A stretch of 64,000 nt of DNA from an uncultured Acidobacteriaceae bacterium (GCA_963772195.1 CAVYWE010000006.1:39785-103784); one strand, 5' to 3'. Shown: positions 1 through 8,562, numbered from the stretch's first letter. Notes: a model not told the origin generated them from the letters alone. Made by a program: numbers and translations.

Positions 1-493
1 GTGGCAAACTGGCGACCGGGAAATTAACCTTATCTCCCCTAAACGTCGCATCATCGGGCTCACCACTCAATTCTTGAACAAAAGTGTGGTTAATGGCCTG
101 AATGGCTGGAGTAGTTCCACTGTTTTCAATGAATGGACTAAAAGACCACCAATGCAATGGGCCGGAATTCGGCGGGTTTACGAGCCTTGCAGCCTCAAAA
201 TGAGTGAAATAGATAAAGGCGCGTTGAACCGACTCCAGCGACTGGCGATTAATCCTGTTGGAATCACGCATCGCCGTCCATTGGCAATAGGCTACAACCG
301 CATAAGCCACAGTTGTTGCAGCAATGATCCCTGTGAAGACCACCAGAAACCTATTAGCTGGCGTCATGTTTCCCCACTTTTCTCGCAACTTTTGATACCA
401 ACGTTTATTGTCTTTGGGCTTCTTGGGATTACCTTGGGCGTTTTTTGGTTTCTGTTCGCTGTTCTGTTTGCCGATAGGCACCTGGGAATCCAT
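1..493 (-). CDS. hypothetical membrane-anchored protein (N-terminal part; ORF runs off the left edge)
   Basis: ATG at 493. The reverse frame stays open to the window edge (all phase-2 triplets checked, no TTA/CTA/TCA). Lys-rich N-terminus, then one TM helix (RFLVVFTGIIAATTVAYAVVAY). Preferred over the same-phase + ORF 74..574, whose composition looks unnatural. No family recognised. Confidence 0.4.
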   Translation of the reverse strand, partial: MDSQVPIGKQNSEQKPKNAQGNPKKPKDNKRWYQKLREKWGNMTPANRFLVVFTGIIAATTVAYAVVAYCQWTAMRDSNRINRQSLESVQRAFIYFTHFEAARLVNPPNSGPLHWWSFSPFIENSGTTPAIQAINHTFVQELSGEPDDATFRGDKVNFPVASLP

Positions 494-631
494 ATGATGT
501 GCTCTTTGATGGTGGTGCTCGGCTCTGCTTGCCTTTTTGCGCACGGCCTACAGCTGATTGCTGCCCGTTACTGAAATAGTGTAACACAAAAAGACTTGAC
601 AAGCTTATATTCTTGTAATACAGTAATAGGC

Positions 632-1459
632 ATGGCAAACGTACTCAATACCGACAAGAAAATCGCGGTCATCGGAGCACTGGCCGAAGGCTCTAGCATT
701 CGTTCGATTGAGCGGATTACTGGCGTTCACCGCGATACGATCATGCGGCTAGGCGTCAAGGTTGGGCAGGGATGCGCCACACTGCTAGATGCGAAGATGC
801 GCGATCTCCCATGTCGTCGTTTGGAATTTGATGAGATTTGGGGATTCATCGGGAAGAAAGCACGCCAGGTGCGCCCCGGTGACGATCCGCAGTTTGGCGA
901 CGTGTGGACATTCTGCGCGATTGACGCCGAAACTAAGCTGGTGCCGTCATTCAAAGTCGGCAAACGTGATCTAGCTACTGCCAAACTATTTGTCGGCGAC
1001 GTGGCAAGCCGAATGAGGAATCGGATACAGATTTCCTCTGACGCGCTAAGAGCTTACGTTGATGCTATCGAGCAGACATTTGGAAATGACGTTGATTTTG
1101 CACAGATCGTAAAGACGTATGAGCATGACGAGTCTCAGCATCCGGGCCGCAAGTATAGCGCCCCAGAGTTTGTATCCGTTGAGAAGCGAGCCGTCACGGG
1201 ACGCCCCGACATGGACCTTGTGTCCACCAGCTACATCGAGCGCCTGAACGCGACTACGCGGCTTCACATGCGCCGCCTGACCCGCCTGACGCTGGCATTC
1301 AGCAAGAAACTGGAAAACTTTGAGGCAGCGGTTGCGCTCCACTTCGCCTACTACAATCTGGTAAAACGTCATGGAACATTGCGCTGCACTCCCGCTATGG
1401 CAGCAGGAGTTGAGCGGGGCTTCTGGAGCGTTGGCGATCTAGTAGAGGCAGCATCGTGA
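632..1459 (+). CDS. IS1-family-like DDE transposase
   Basis: 275 aa from ATG 632 (the track ORF starts at TTG 596). N-terminal HTH (IRSIERITGVHRDTIMRL). Blocks DEIWGFIGKK and SYIERLNATTRLHMRRLTRLTLAFSKK match the hallmark InsB/IS1-type transposase motifs. Confidence 0.8.
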   Translation: MANVLNTDKKIAVIGALAEGSSIRSIERITGVHRDTIMRLGVKVGQGCATLLDAKMRDLPCRRLEFDEIWGFIGKKARQVRPGDDPQFGDVWTFCAIDAETKLVPSFKVGKRDLATAKLFVGDVASRMRNRIQISSDALRAYVDAIEQTFGNDVDFAQIVKTYEHDESQHPGRKYSAPEFVSVEKRAVTGRPDMDLVSTSYIERLNATTRLHMRRLTRLTLAFSKKLENFEAAVALHFAYYNLVKRHGTLRCTPAMAAGVERGFWSVGDLVEAAS

Positions 1460-1767
1460 CCTATTTGGAAGAACTGAGAGATGTGATCCGCAGATTGCAC
1501 GGCGCTGACGCTACGCACATTGAAAGCGTGCCCGTGAAAGAAACATTCCAAGGGCAAACGGTATGGGAAGGGATTGTCGAGGTCTTCGACTTGGAAGGCC
1601 ATCCCACGGCACACAGGGTTTATGCGTGGGCGCACGATACGAATGATCCCAAGAATCCGCGCCGTCATGTCGCAGTCCTACATACGCATCCGGTCAAGTC
1701 AGCCGAGGATGCTGTACGAGCCTTTATCATTCAGGAGTCGAGAATTGGCACAGCCGAAGAAAGCTAA
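1456..1767 (+). CDS. hypothetical protein, translationally coupled to the transposase
   Basis: 103-aa ORF whose ATG overlaps the transposase stop (GTGA at 1456-1459). No domain recognised. Confidence 0.5.
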   Translation: MTYLEELRDVIRRLHGADATHIESVPVKETFQGQTVWEGIVEVFDLEGHPTAHRVYAWAHDTNDPKNPRRHVAVLHTHPVKSAEDAVRAFIIQESRIGTAEES

Positions 1768-1768
1768 A

Positions 1769-1930
1769 GTGGGGCGTCCCAAGATGCCGAAGGGCGAAGC
1801 AAAGGGCAGAATCGTGCCTGTGCGCTTCACTGCCGACGATCTAAAGGCAATGGAGCAGGCAGCACGGGCTAACAAGGTTACGGTTTCAGAATGGATACGG
1901 AGCACGATTCATGCCAGTCTCGAAGCCTGA
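1769..1930 (+). CDS. small ribbon-helix-helix-like protein (CopG/MobC-like)
   Basis: GTG 1769 (or ATG 1784) lies directly after the previous stop. VPVRFTADDLKAMEQAARANKVTVSEWIRSTI has the beta-strand/helix/helix pattern of RHH proteins. The longer track ORF from 1574 overlaps the preceding gene and is rejected. Confidence 0.45.
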   Translation: MGRPKMPKGEAKGRIVPVRFTADDLKAMEQAARANKVTVSEWIRSTIHASLEA

Positions 1931-2029
1931 GAAGTTCAAATTAGGACACTACCACCGCTTTGACGCTCTGGAAATGCGCCTGCTAAACTGAATAATTGTC
2001 ATCCTACCTTTAAGCGAAGAAGGAAGCCT

Positions 2030-2755
2030 GTGCGCGCAGAAACCCGGCATCAACTGAAACAAGACCGCTTCAGCAAGGTCACATTCGAGGCGGCGGGAAA
2101 CGCCGCCCACTGGAGCGTTGAACACCAGTCGAAACTCATTGCCGCTGTGATTGCGGTTATCGTTATTGGCGCGATCGCGTTTGGCGGATGGTACTACGTC
2201 AACTCGCAGGACGAAAAGGCGAGCGCCGAGTTTTCGACGGCGGTCCGTACCTGGCAAACGCCGGTGCGTCCGGCGGGCGTGCCGCCACAACCCGGAACGG
2301 ACAGTTTCGCGTCGGCGCAGGAGCGTGCTACGGCGGCGCGCAAACAGTTCCAGGCCATCGTTGACAAGTATCCGCGCACCCACACGGCCGATATGGCGCG
2401 CTATTTTGTGGGCTTGGCCTCGGCACAGCTTGGCGACAACGCGGCTGCCGAGCGCAGTCTGCAGGAAGCAGCCCGCTCGTCGAACGCCGACCTGGCGGCC
2501 TTGGGCAAGTTCGCGCTGGCTAACGTTTACCGCGCCGAGCACAAAGACGCGCAGGCGATTGATCTCTATAAGCAGTTGATCGATAAGCCCACGCTCGTCG
2601 TCAGCAAAGCTACCGCCCAGCTTGAACTCGCCAGCTTCTACGAGTCGCGGCAGAAGCCGGATGAGGCCAAAAAACTTTACGACCAGGTGGCCAAAGAAAA
2701 TCCGTCCACCGAGGCGGCGTCGCTGGCGCAGCGGCGAGTTGCGGCCCTGAAGTAG
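2030..2755 (+). CDS. YfgM-like membrane-anchored tetratricopeptide-repeat protein
   Basis: N-terminal anchor (SKLIAAVIAVIVIGAIAFGGWYYV) followed by TPR-like helical repeats (ARYFVGLASAQLGDNAAAERSLQEA, LANVYRAEHKDAQAIDLYKQLI). GTG start. Confidence 0.7.
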   Translation: MRAETRHQLKQDRFSKVTFEAAGNAAHWSVEHQSKLIAAVIAVIVIGAIAFGGWYYVNSQDEKASAEFSTAVRTWQTPVRPAGVPPQPGTDSFASAQERATAARKQFQAIVDKYPRTHTADMARYFVGLASAQLGDNAAAERSLQEAARSSNADLAALGKFALANVYRAEHKDAQAIDLYKQLIDKPTLVVSKATAQLELASFYESRQKPDEAKKLYDQVAKENPSTEAASLAQRRVAALK

Positions 2756-2789
2756 AAGGGCAGTTCTTGCGGGAAGATCCACCGGTGCT

Positions 2790-3464
2790 TCATCGCTCCC
2801 GCGAGCCGATTGCCGGTGTAGCCCGTTCCCCGTTGCTTTTGGCGGCGTCTTCGACCACATCCCTCACGAGTTCGCGGCGTGCGCTTCCCGTGTCATTGCG
2901 GGGCTCGAGTGCCCGCGCGCGGCGGGCAGAGATATTCACGGAATGGAGGTAAAGAAGTTGACCGTTGTGGACCTGGACCTGAAAGCGGAACCAGTCGGTA
3001 CGGTACATGCGGCCGGCGGCATAAAAAGTTAGAGACACGGCGATCTGGCCTTCATAGTCGTCGCCGGTGCAGGCGAAGAAGCGCTTCCCGAGATCCTCGC
3101 TCCACGTGGTGCCGCCCACCAGCGGCTCGTTGAGGAAGTATCGCGATGACGGGACGGCCATCGACAACTTGCGCATTTGCACCATCTGCATCAGGACAGA
3201 GATTTTCGCGAGGTTCGTAGCAAAGATTCTTGCTTCGCGGGTGGACATCCGCTCCAGTTTGATGTGTAGCTCCGGCGCCCATTCGCGCTCGAACTGCTCG
3301 CGCGCGAGCGCCAGGCTCCGGTCGCTGGAGGCGGAGTAACGCAACGTGGCGCGTGCCAGGATGAGGCTGACGCAGGTGGTCACCACGGTCGCAATCAATG
3401 GAATGTAGGCCAGGATCAAGGTGAACGAGATGGCGTGCTGGTTGAACCATTGCAGCAAATTCAT
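2790..3464 (-). CDS. hypothetical membrane-anchored protein
   Basis: 224-aa ORF with one N-terminal TM helix (ISFTLILAYIPLIATVVTTCVSLIL). No family recognised. Overall architecture resembles the partial ORF at 1..493. Confidence 0.5.
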   Translation of the reverse strand: MNLLQWFNQHAISFTLILAYIPLIATVVTTCVSLILARATLRYSASSDRSLALAREQFEREWAPELHIKLERMSTREARIFATNLAKISVLMQMVQMRKLSMAVPSSRYFLNEPLVGGTTWSEDLGKRFFACTGDDYEGQIAVSLTFYAAGRMYRTDWFRFQVQVHNGQLLYLHSVNISARRARALEPRNDTGSARRELVRDVVEDAAKSNGERATPAIGSRER

Positions 3465-3624
3465 CGCAGGATGGCCCTCCGGAAACCGCGCGGTTGCGAC
3501 GGGAATGGACCACTCTAGCGAGGCTTGGCGCTGCCGGACAACTGCCGAAAGTGTCGTCCGCGCGTTCTAGACCTTAGGTTATCTCGCGACCCCCGCTTGC
3601 CCGAGGTTCTCCGAATTTGACAAC

Positions 3625-4785
3625 TTAGGCAGCAATGCGACGCAGGCATGCGATGAGCCGCTCGCCGTCCTCGACCGTGTTGTAGACATTGGGCGTCACT
3701 CGAATCGAACTTCCACGGACGCTGACAAATACTTTCTCTCTCGCCAGCATTTCGGGGAGTTCCTTCGGAATCGCCGCTTTCCTCCGCAGCGACAGATAGT
3801 GAGGCGCGCGCAATGGTTCCGAGGGTGCGGAGAATCCCAGGTCCGCCGCGGCTTCCGCCATATGACGATTGAGCGCTCCGGCTGTCTCGGAGATCTGAGA
3901 GACGTCCCACTCCAGCAATTGCTTCATGGCGCGGACGGCGGCGGGCAGCGACGCAAAGTTGGCGCGCTCTCCCATGTCGAAGCGCCGCGCGCCTGCGTCG
4001 TAGTCTTCTGTGTACAGGATCAGGGTTGAGAAATCCCGAGCGTTGGCGCGCTGAATCCAATTCTCTTCCAACGGTACTCCGCCCTGCCATTTTGGGGCGA
4101 CATAGAGAAGCCCGACGGAATAGGGCCCAAGCAGCCATTTGTAGCTGGCGGCGACGGCGAAATCCGGCTGCACACCATTCTGCAAATCATTCTTCAGACC
4201 GCCCACGCTGAAGGGCAGCGCGCCGAGCGACTGGGTGAGATCGAGAACGAGCGCGGTGCCGAGCATACGGCAAGCTTCTCCGATGCGGACGAGATCGAGC
4301 CTTCCACCGCTCGTCCACTGCACGTTCGGGAGGGCGGCGATGGCTACGTCGGGGGTCAGGGACTCGAGAACGGCCGCGGTCCAATCATTATCTGCGGGCC
4401 AGGCGACGATTTTCAGTGAAGCGCCGGTTCCTTCCGCCCGCCGCTGCCACGGATAGTAGTTGGACGGGAACTGCTCTTCGAGCACAAGAATGCTCTGGCC
4501 TTTTTTGAGCGGCAAATTTCGCGCGGCGGTTGCGATGCCGTAGCTGGCAGAGGGAACTATAGCAATACAATCGGCCGAGCAGTCGACCAACTGCGCGGCG
4601 GTCGCGCGAAACTCGTCCGCGCCCGTAAAAAATTGGTCGGGAGTTAGTTCCCACGGATGCGCTTTGCGGGCAAGGCCTGCGGTCCCGGCCTCCAGCGCCG
4701 GCTTCATCAGCGGTGACATGTAGGCGCAGTTGAGGTAGGCGACGTCGTCGGGAATGTCGAAGATATGGCGCTGGCAGGGAATCAT
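3625..4785 (-). CDS. class-V aminotransferase-fold PLP enzyme (cysteine desulfurase/epimerase-like)
   Basis: 386 aa. Typical class-V layout, with candidate PLP-lysine context AVAASYKWLLGPYSVGLLYV. Confidence 0.8.
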   Translation of the reverse strand: MIPCQRHIFDIPDDVAYLNCAYMSPLMKPALEAGTAGLARKAHPWELTPDQFFTGADEFRATAAQLVDCSADCIAIVPSASYGIATAARNLPLKKGQSILVLEEQFPSNYYPWQRRAEGTGASLKIVAWPADNDWTAAVLESLTPDVAIAALPNVQWTSGGRLDLVRIGEACRMLGTALVLDLTQSLGALPFSVGGLKNDLQNGVQPDFAVAASYKWLLGPYSVGLLYVAPKWQGGVPLEENWIQRANARDFSTLILYTEDYDAGARRFDMGERANFASLPAAVRAMKQLLEWDVSQISETAGALNRHMAEAAADLGFSAPSEPLRAPHYLSLRRKAAIPKELPEMLAREKVFVSVRGSSIRVTPNVYNTVEDGERLIACLRRIAA

Positions 4786-4795
4786 GGGCTAGTCT

Positions 4796-6010
4796 GTGGC
4801 TACCAGTGTATCGATGCGGAAAGGATTGTCGACGATGCGTCGGTTAAAGAGTCGGGTGGCATTGCGGGTTACATTCTTATTGCTGCTGGGCCTCGTGGTC
4901 TGCGGTGCGTGGGCGCAGACTGGTCACCCCGGTGGAAGTGGTTCTGTATACGCGCCCCCGCTGGTGTTCAGGCGGGCTGAAAGATTGAGGCGGGGGATCA
5001 ACGCCAGTGAGTGGTTCGCGCAAGTGTATGACAAGCGCGGCTACACGCCGGAACACTTTCAGGCTTGGACGACCGCCGACGACATCGCGCTGATTAAGTC
5101 GATGGGCTTCGATCACGCGCGATTGAGCGTGAATCCGCAGCCGATGTTTAACCTGCGCGAGCCGAATAAGATTCCGGCGGAGTATCTCGGGTCTCTGGAT
5201 GCGGCGGTGAAGATGATCCTCGACCACGGGCTGGCGGTTGTGATCGACCTGCATCCGGAAAGCGATCTCAAGGTGCGGCTGGCCAAGGACGATGAGTTTG
5301 TTGAGGAGTTTGCCGACTTCTGGCGGGCGCTGGCCCAGCATTATTCGACGTGGGATGCCGACCGCGTGTTTCTGGAAATTCTGAATGAGCCGGAGTTCAC
5401 CGACCGCTATCGGTGGCTGGGTGTGCAAGTGAAGCTGGCGGCGGCGATCCGGGAGGGCGCGCCCGGTCACACGATCATTGCCGCGGGGGCGCGGTGGTCA
5501 GATGACGATGAGCTGGTTTTTCAGGAACCACTCCACGATTCAAACATCATTTACAACTTTCATTTTTATGAGCCGCACATCTTCACGCATCAGGGCGCGA
5601 CCTGGGGAGCGTATTACTGGCATTGGCTGCGCGACTTGAAATATCCGTCGAGTCCGGAGTCGGCGGAGCGCGTGGCGGTGCTGGTGCCGGATGAAGTCGA
5701 CCGGTTGCAGGTGATCCGCTATGGGCGCGAGCACTGGGACGCCGCGCGTATTGAATCGGAGATGAAGCAGGCGGCGGAATGGGCGCGGCGGCGCGGGGTG
5801 CCGCTGGTGTGCAACGAGTTCGGCGTGTATCGGGATTATTCCGATCCGCAGGACCGGGCGGCGTGGTTGCACGATGTGCGGACGGCCCTCGAACACAACG
5901 GGATTGGCTGGACGATGTGGGACTACTCGGGATCGTTTGGCGTGGTCACGAAGAAAGATGGGAAGACGGTTGCGGATGACGGCGTGCTTCGGGCGCTGGG
6001 GATGAAGTAG
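4796..6010 (+). CDS. glycoside hydrolase family 5 (cellulase-type), secreted
   Basis: GH5 catalytic Glu contexts LEILNEPEF and VCNEFGV. Signal peptide MRRLKSRVALRVTFLLLLGLVVCGAWAQ suggests the real start is ATG 4835 (or 4814) rather than 4796. Confidence 0.85.
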   Translation: MATSVSMRKGLSTMRRLKSRVALRVTFLLLLGLVVCGAWAQTGHPGGSGSVYAPPLVFRRAERLRRGINASEWFAQVYDKRGYTPEHFQAWTTADDIALIKSMGFDHARLSVNPQPMFNLREPNKIPAEYLGSLDAAVKMILDHGLAVVIDLHPESDLKVRLAKDDEFVEEFADFWRALAQHYSTWDADRVFLEILNEPEFTDRYRWLGVQVKLAAAIREGAPGHTIIAAGARWSDDDELVFQEPLHDSNIIYNFHFYEPHIFTHQGATWGAYYWHWLRDLKYPSSPESAERVAVLVPDEVDRLQVIRYGREHWDAARIESEMKQAAEWARRRGVPLVCNEFGVYRDYSDPQDRAAWLHDVRTALEHNGIGWTMWDYSGSFGVVTKKDGKTVADDGVLRALGMK

Positions 6011-6080
6011 GCAATTGCTTGGACAGATCTGCCACGGACTCCAGGCAGGTCTTTCGCCGTTGGAATCTAAACGTTGGAAT

Positions 6081-7523
6081 CTAACTGTGACCGGCTTCGG
6101 GCTCGAGTTCCTGACGAAGTCGATGCCCCAGAGTGTTCGCCACCGAACTCAAGTCGTTGGCGATTGCGTGGCGCCATCTTTCCAGGGATAGTCTTGCGAG
6201 TTCCTCGAATTGTTGTGCGATCGAATGCGCGGCATCCTCCCCCTGGGTCTGCAGAGAACCAGAGAAGGAGTTTTCAATCCGGTTCTGGATGGTTCTCAAG
6301 TGGCCGCATATCTCATTGAGCCTGGTTTCGCCTTCATTCGCGCCCCGCCCTTGCAGGTCTTTGAGGGCCAGAGCGACAGCCGTCTCGAGTTGAGTCCGCG
6401 CTTCGGAGACGATTTCGCTGGCGACGGCTTCGAGGTGCGTGTCAAGGTCCGACTCCAGGCGGCGCACGGATTCGTTTAGCGCCGCGATCCGTCGGCCAAG
6501 ATCCGACACCTCCGACTGAAGTTGGGACGCTTTCGCAGTGGCATCAGCCTGGATCTGCTGGACTTCGTGGCGGTGAACATTGTGTGAGTCTGTAAGTTGT
6601 CCCTGCAAAGAACTCAGGAGCTTTTGTCCCTCGGCGTTGAGATGGGCTCCGGTTTCCAATGCATGGCGTTGCAGTTTCTCGACTCCGCCGCGGACGTGCT
6701 GTTGCGCGGTGGTGGTGAGTTCCTTAGACAAAACCTGTGCGCGTTGTTCGACGGCGTGCAACTCACCGGCAAGGCGGTGCCGAAACTCGGTCAGGGCCGC
6801 ACTGATCTTTTGCTCGATGGCCGTTTTCGCCGATCCGAGCATCTCAGCCGACTGCTCCTGCGTCTGCTGCAGAACGCGCGTCCCCAGGTCTTGCCGCAGG
6901 CGCTCCCACAGCTTCTCTTCCAACTCCGGAGGAATATATCCCAGCGATACTTCGAAGCGGTTGCGCTTGGCGTTGGCGGCCACCTTCTCGCGAAGTTCCG
7001 TGACTTCCGCCTGCAGGGGCCGAACGAGCGTGGCCAGCACGCCTCGCAAGCGGTCTTCGGAGAGTTGCTCTTCGAGTTTGTCGAGAAAGGCCTGCGGGGC
7101 CCGGGAAGGAGTTTGCGGTTTGGGCAGAACGGCGGAGCCGGCCGACAATTTCTTGGCAGGTTGTGAAGCGGCGGGCGCGGGCATCTCCAGCACTTGCCAG
7201 TCCTCGGGATAGGATTCCAGTCCCCAAAAGTTTTCCGGGCAGTCGAGGCGCGCACCCAGCCGGAAGCCTTGTCCGTCAGACCCCATGGGCTGGCAGAAAA
7301 CTACGTATGCCGTAGCCTGCCGACCTCCTCGGCTGTGCAGGCGCAGGGCACTGCCGGCGTCCACCTTCAGGGGGAAGCGGAGCGCACAACCGTGCGCACT
7401 GACCACTAGCGTCTCGCAGATCTCGGAGAACTGGGCATTGGGCTCCATGCTGGTGACGCGGATGGGAACTTTGATCGGTACTCTCGAACTGCGACGCACG
7501 GTGTGACCGTTGGAAGCGGGCAT
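6081..7523 (-). CDS. PilZ-domain protein with long C-terminal coiled-coil (apolipoprotein-like helices)
   Basis: N-terminal RRSSR (RxxxR) followed about 25 aa later by LVVSAHG (xxSxxG, with the usual D/N replaced). The remaining ~350 aa are Q/E/L/A-rich amphipathic helices. Confidence 0.7.
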   Translation of the reverse strand: MPASNGHTVRRSSRVPIKVPIRVTSMEPNAQFSEICETLVVSAHGCALRFPLKVDAGSALRLHSRGGRQATAYVVFCQPMGSDGQGFRLGARLDCPENFWGLESYPEDWQVLEMPAPAASQPAKKLSAGSAVLPKPQTPSRAPQAFLDKLEEQLSEDRLRGVLATLVRPLQAEVTELREKVAANAKRNRFEVSLGYIPPELEEKLWERLRQDLGTRVLQQTQEQSAEMLGSAKTAIEQKISAALTEFRHRLAGELHAVEQRAQVLSKELTTTAQQHVRGGVEKLQRHALETGAHLNAEGQKLLSSLQGQLTDSHNVHRHEVQQIQADATAKASQLQSEVSDLGRRIAALNESVRRLESDLDTHLEAVASEIVSEARTQLETAVALALKDLQGRGANEGETRLNEICGHLRTIQNRIENSFSGSLQTQGEDAAHSIAQQFEELARLSLERWRHAIANDLSSVANTLGHRLRQELEPEAGHS

Positions 7524-7729
7524 AGTGATCCTCTACTTGATGGTGAGGCTTGCGCAGCGGACAGCCCTTCGAGCCTCTGCATTAAAGTACCGCTAAAATG
7601 GTGGATATGACCTCTCTCAGAAGTGCCGCTTCGAAAACGTTCGGGCGAGTGCCAGACTGCCCGTTTGCCAGAACCGGGATGTACTTCGGACTGAATTCGG
7701 CTGGTACAACCGGACGGAGGTAGTTGGAC

Positions 7730-8080
7730 TCAGTCCAAACTCCCCTGCTCAATCACCACATTCTCCCGCACAATCAGCCTGTGCGCGGCCATCTCGCGCA
7801 GCTTGGGTAGAACGCGGTTGACGTGCTCGTCGGTATCGACGAACGAAATCACGACGGGCAATTCGCCTCCGGCTTCGACGAGATGGGCGGTATGGACTTT
7901 GCCTCGTCCGAGAAAGCCAGCTACGGCGTGGAAGGCGACGGCTCCGAACACATTCTCTTCGCGCAGATATTTCAGAATCTCAAGATGCAGCGGACGATGA
8001 TGCCAGGAGTCGCCTTCGGTGAGATAGATGGTGACTTGAACGGCCATAACCTTGAACGGCGCCACGATGCCGGCTGCCAT
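7730..8080 (-). CDS. DUF190 (UPF0166) protein, crcB-associated
   Basis: VTIYLTEGDSWHHRPLHLEILKYLREENVFGAVAFHAVAGF...VVISFVDTDEHV is the DUF190 pattern, directly downstream of crcB. The start may be ATG 8047. Confidence 0.8.
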   Translation of the reverse strand: MAAGIVAPFKVMAVQVTIYLTEGDSWHHRPLHLEILKYLREENVFGAVAFHAVAGFLGRGKVHTAHLVEAGGELPVVISFVDTDEHVNRVLPKLREMAAHRLIVRENVVIEQGSLD

Positions 8081-8081
8081 T

Positions 8082-8489
8082 TTACAACCCGCGGGCGAGT
8101 GCCGCGCCAGCGAGGACGGCGGCGAGGCAGAGGGCGTTGCTGGCCACGATGTTGATACCGGTCAGGAGCCATTGTCCCTGCTCCATGAGCGCGGAGCTTT
8201 CGAAGGCATAGCTCGAGAAAGTTGTGTACGAGCCGCAGAAGCCGATGGCGACCAGCAGGCGCCAGCGCGGGTCGAGCAGCGCGCGTTCGGTCGAAAAGAC
8301 GAGAAAGAATCCGAGGACAAGGCTGCCGGTGATGTTAATCAGCAGCGTGCCGTAGGGGAACGCGGATGAGAGATTGCGGGCGATGAGAGTGCTGAGGAAG
8401 TAGCGGGCGCTGGCTCCGACAACGGCGCCGAGCGCGATCCAGAGATAGTTTGCGAGATAGCTGGGGATAAAGTTTGCGTGATCTGTCAC
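8082..8489 (-). CDS. crcB: fluoride ion channel CrcB
   Basis: CrcB motifs GASARY, FPYGTLLINITGSLVLG, GFCGSYTTFS. Start reassigned to GTG 8489, preceded by AGGAGG. The track start at 8522 lies inside the riboswitch aptamer. Confidence 0.9.
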   Translation of the reverse strand: MTDHANFIPSYLANYLWIALGAVVGASARYFLSTLIARNLSSAFPYGTLLINITGSLVLGFFLVFSTERALLDPRWRLLVAIGFCGSYTTFSSYAFESSALMEQGQWLLTGINIVASNALCLAAVLAGAALARGL

Positions 8490-8509
8490 GACGGAGTCCT
8501 CCTGCAAAG

Positions 8510-8562
8510 TTGTAGGAGTCATCAGCCGAACGGGCGGTTAACGGCGAACTCCATCGCCAGGG
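8510..8562 (-). promoter_or_regulatory. fluoride riboswitch (crcB RNA motif)
   Basis: Reverse strand reads CCUGGCGAUGGAGUUCGCCGUUAACCGCCCGUUCGGCUGAUGACUCCUACAAC. P1 is GGCG/CGCC, the pseudoknot is GGAGU/ACUCC, and the conserved GCUGAUGA..CCUAC tail is present. It sits directly 5' of crcB. Confidence 0.85.

Larger units (their letters stand above)
596..1930 (+). mobile_element. IS1-family-like element / low-GC mobile patch (ends not defined)
   Basis: Transposase ORF plus two tightly coupled small ORFs in a stretch with visibly lower G+C. Two sampled 60-nt lines at 61..120 and 361..420 gave 45% and 43%. No terminal inverted repeats found, so the boundaries are only approximate. Confidence 0.3.

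Noticed and set aside
74-574. 166-aa + strand ORF at the left edge
   Set aside because: It shares codon phase with an open reverse-strand frame (ATG 493 to the window edge), and that translation looks much more protein-like (Lys-rich N-terminus, clean TM helix). The + strand product is Cys/Trp/His-rich with no RBS. The decision is not certain, so the reverse-strand call is given only 0.4.
1574-1768. Long version of the RHH-like ORF (118 aa)
   Set aside because: The first 65 codons overlap the 103-aa ORF in another frame and are Arg/Ser/Ile-rich nonsense. Only the C-terminal ~50 residues look like a folded RHH protein.
8490-8522. First 11 codons of the track crcB ORF (MTPTTLQEDSV)
   Set aside because: These codons are the 3' half of the fluoride riboswitch aptamer. 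A GTG with a strong AGGAGG follows at 8489.
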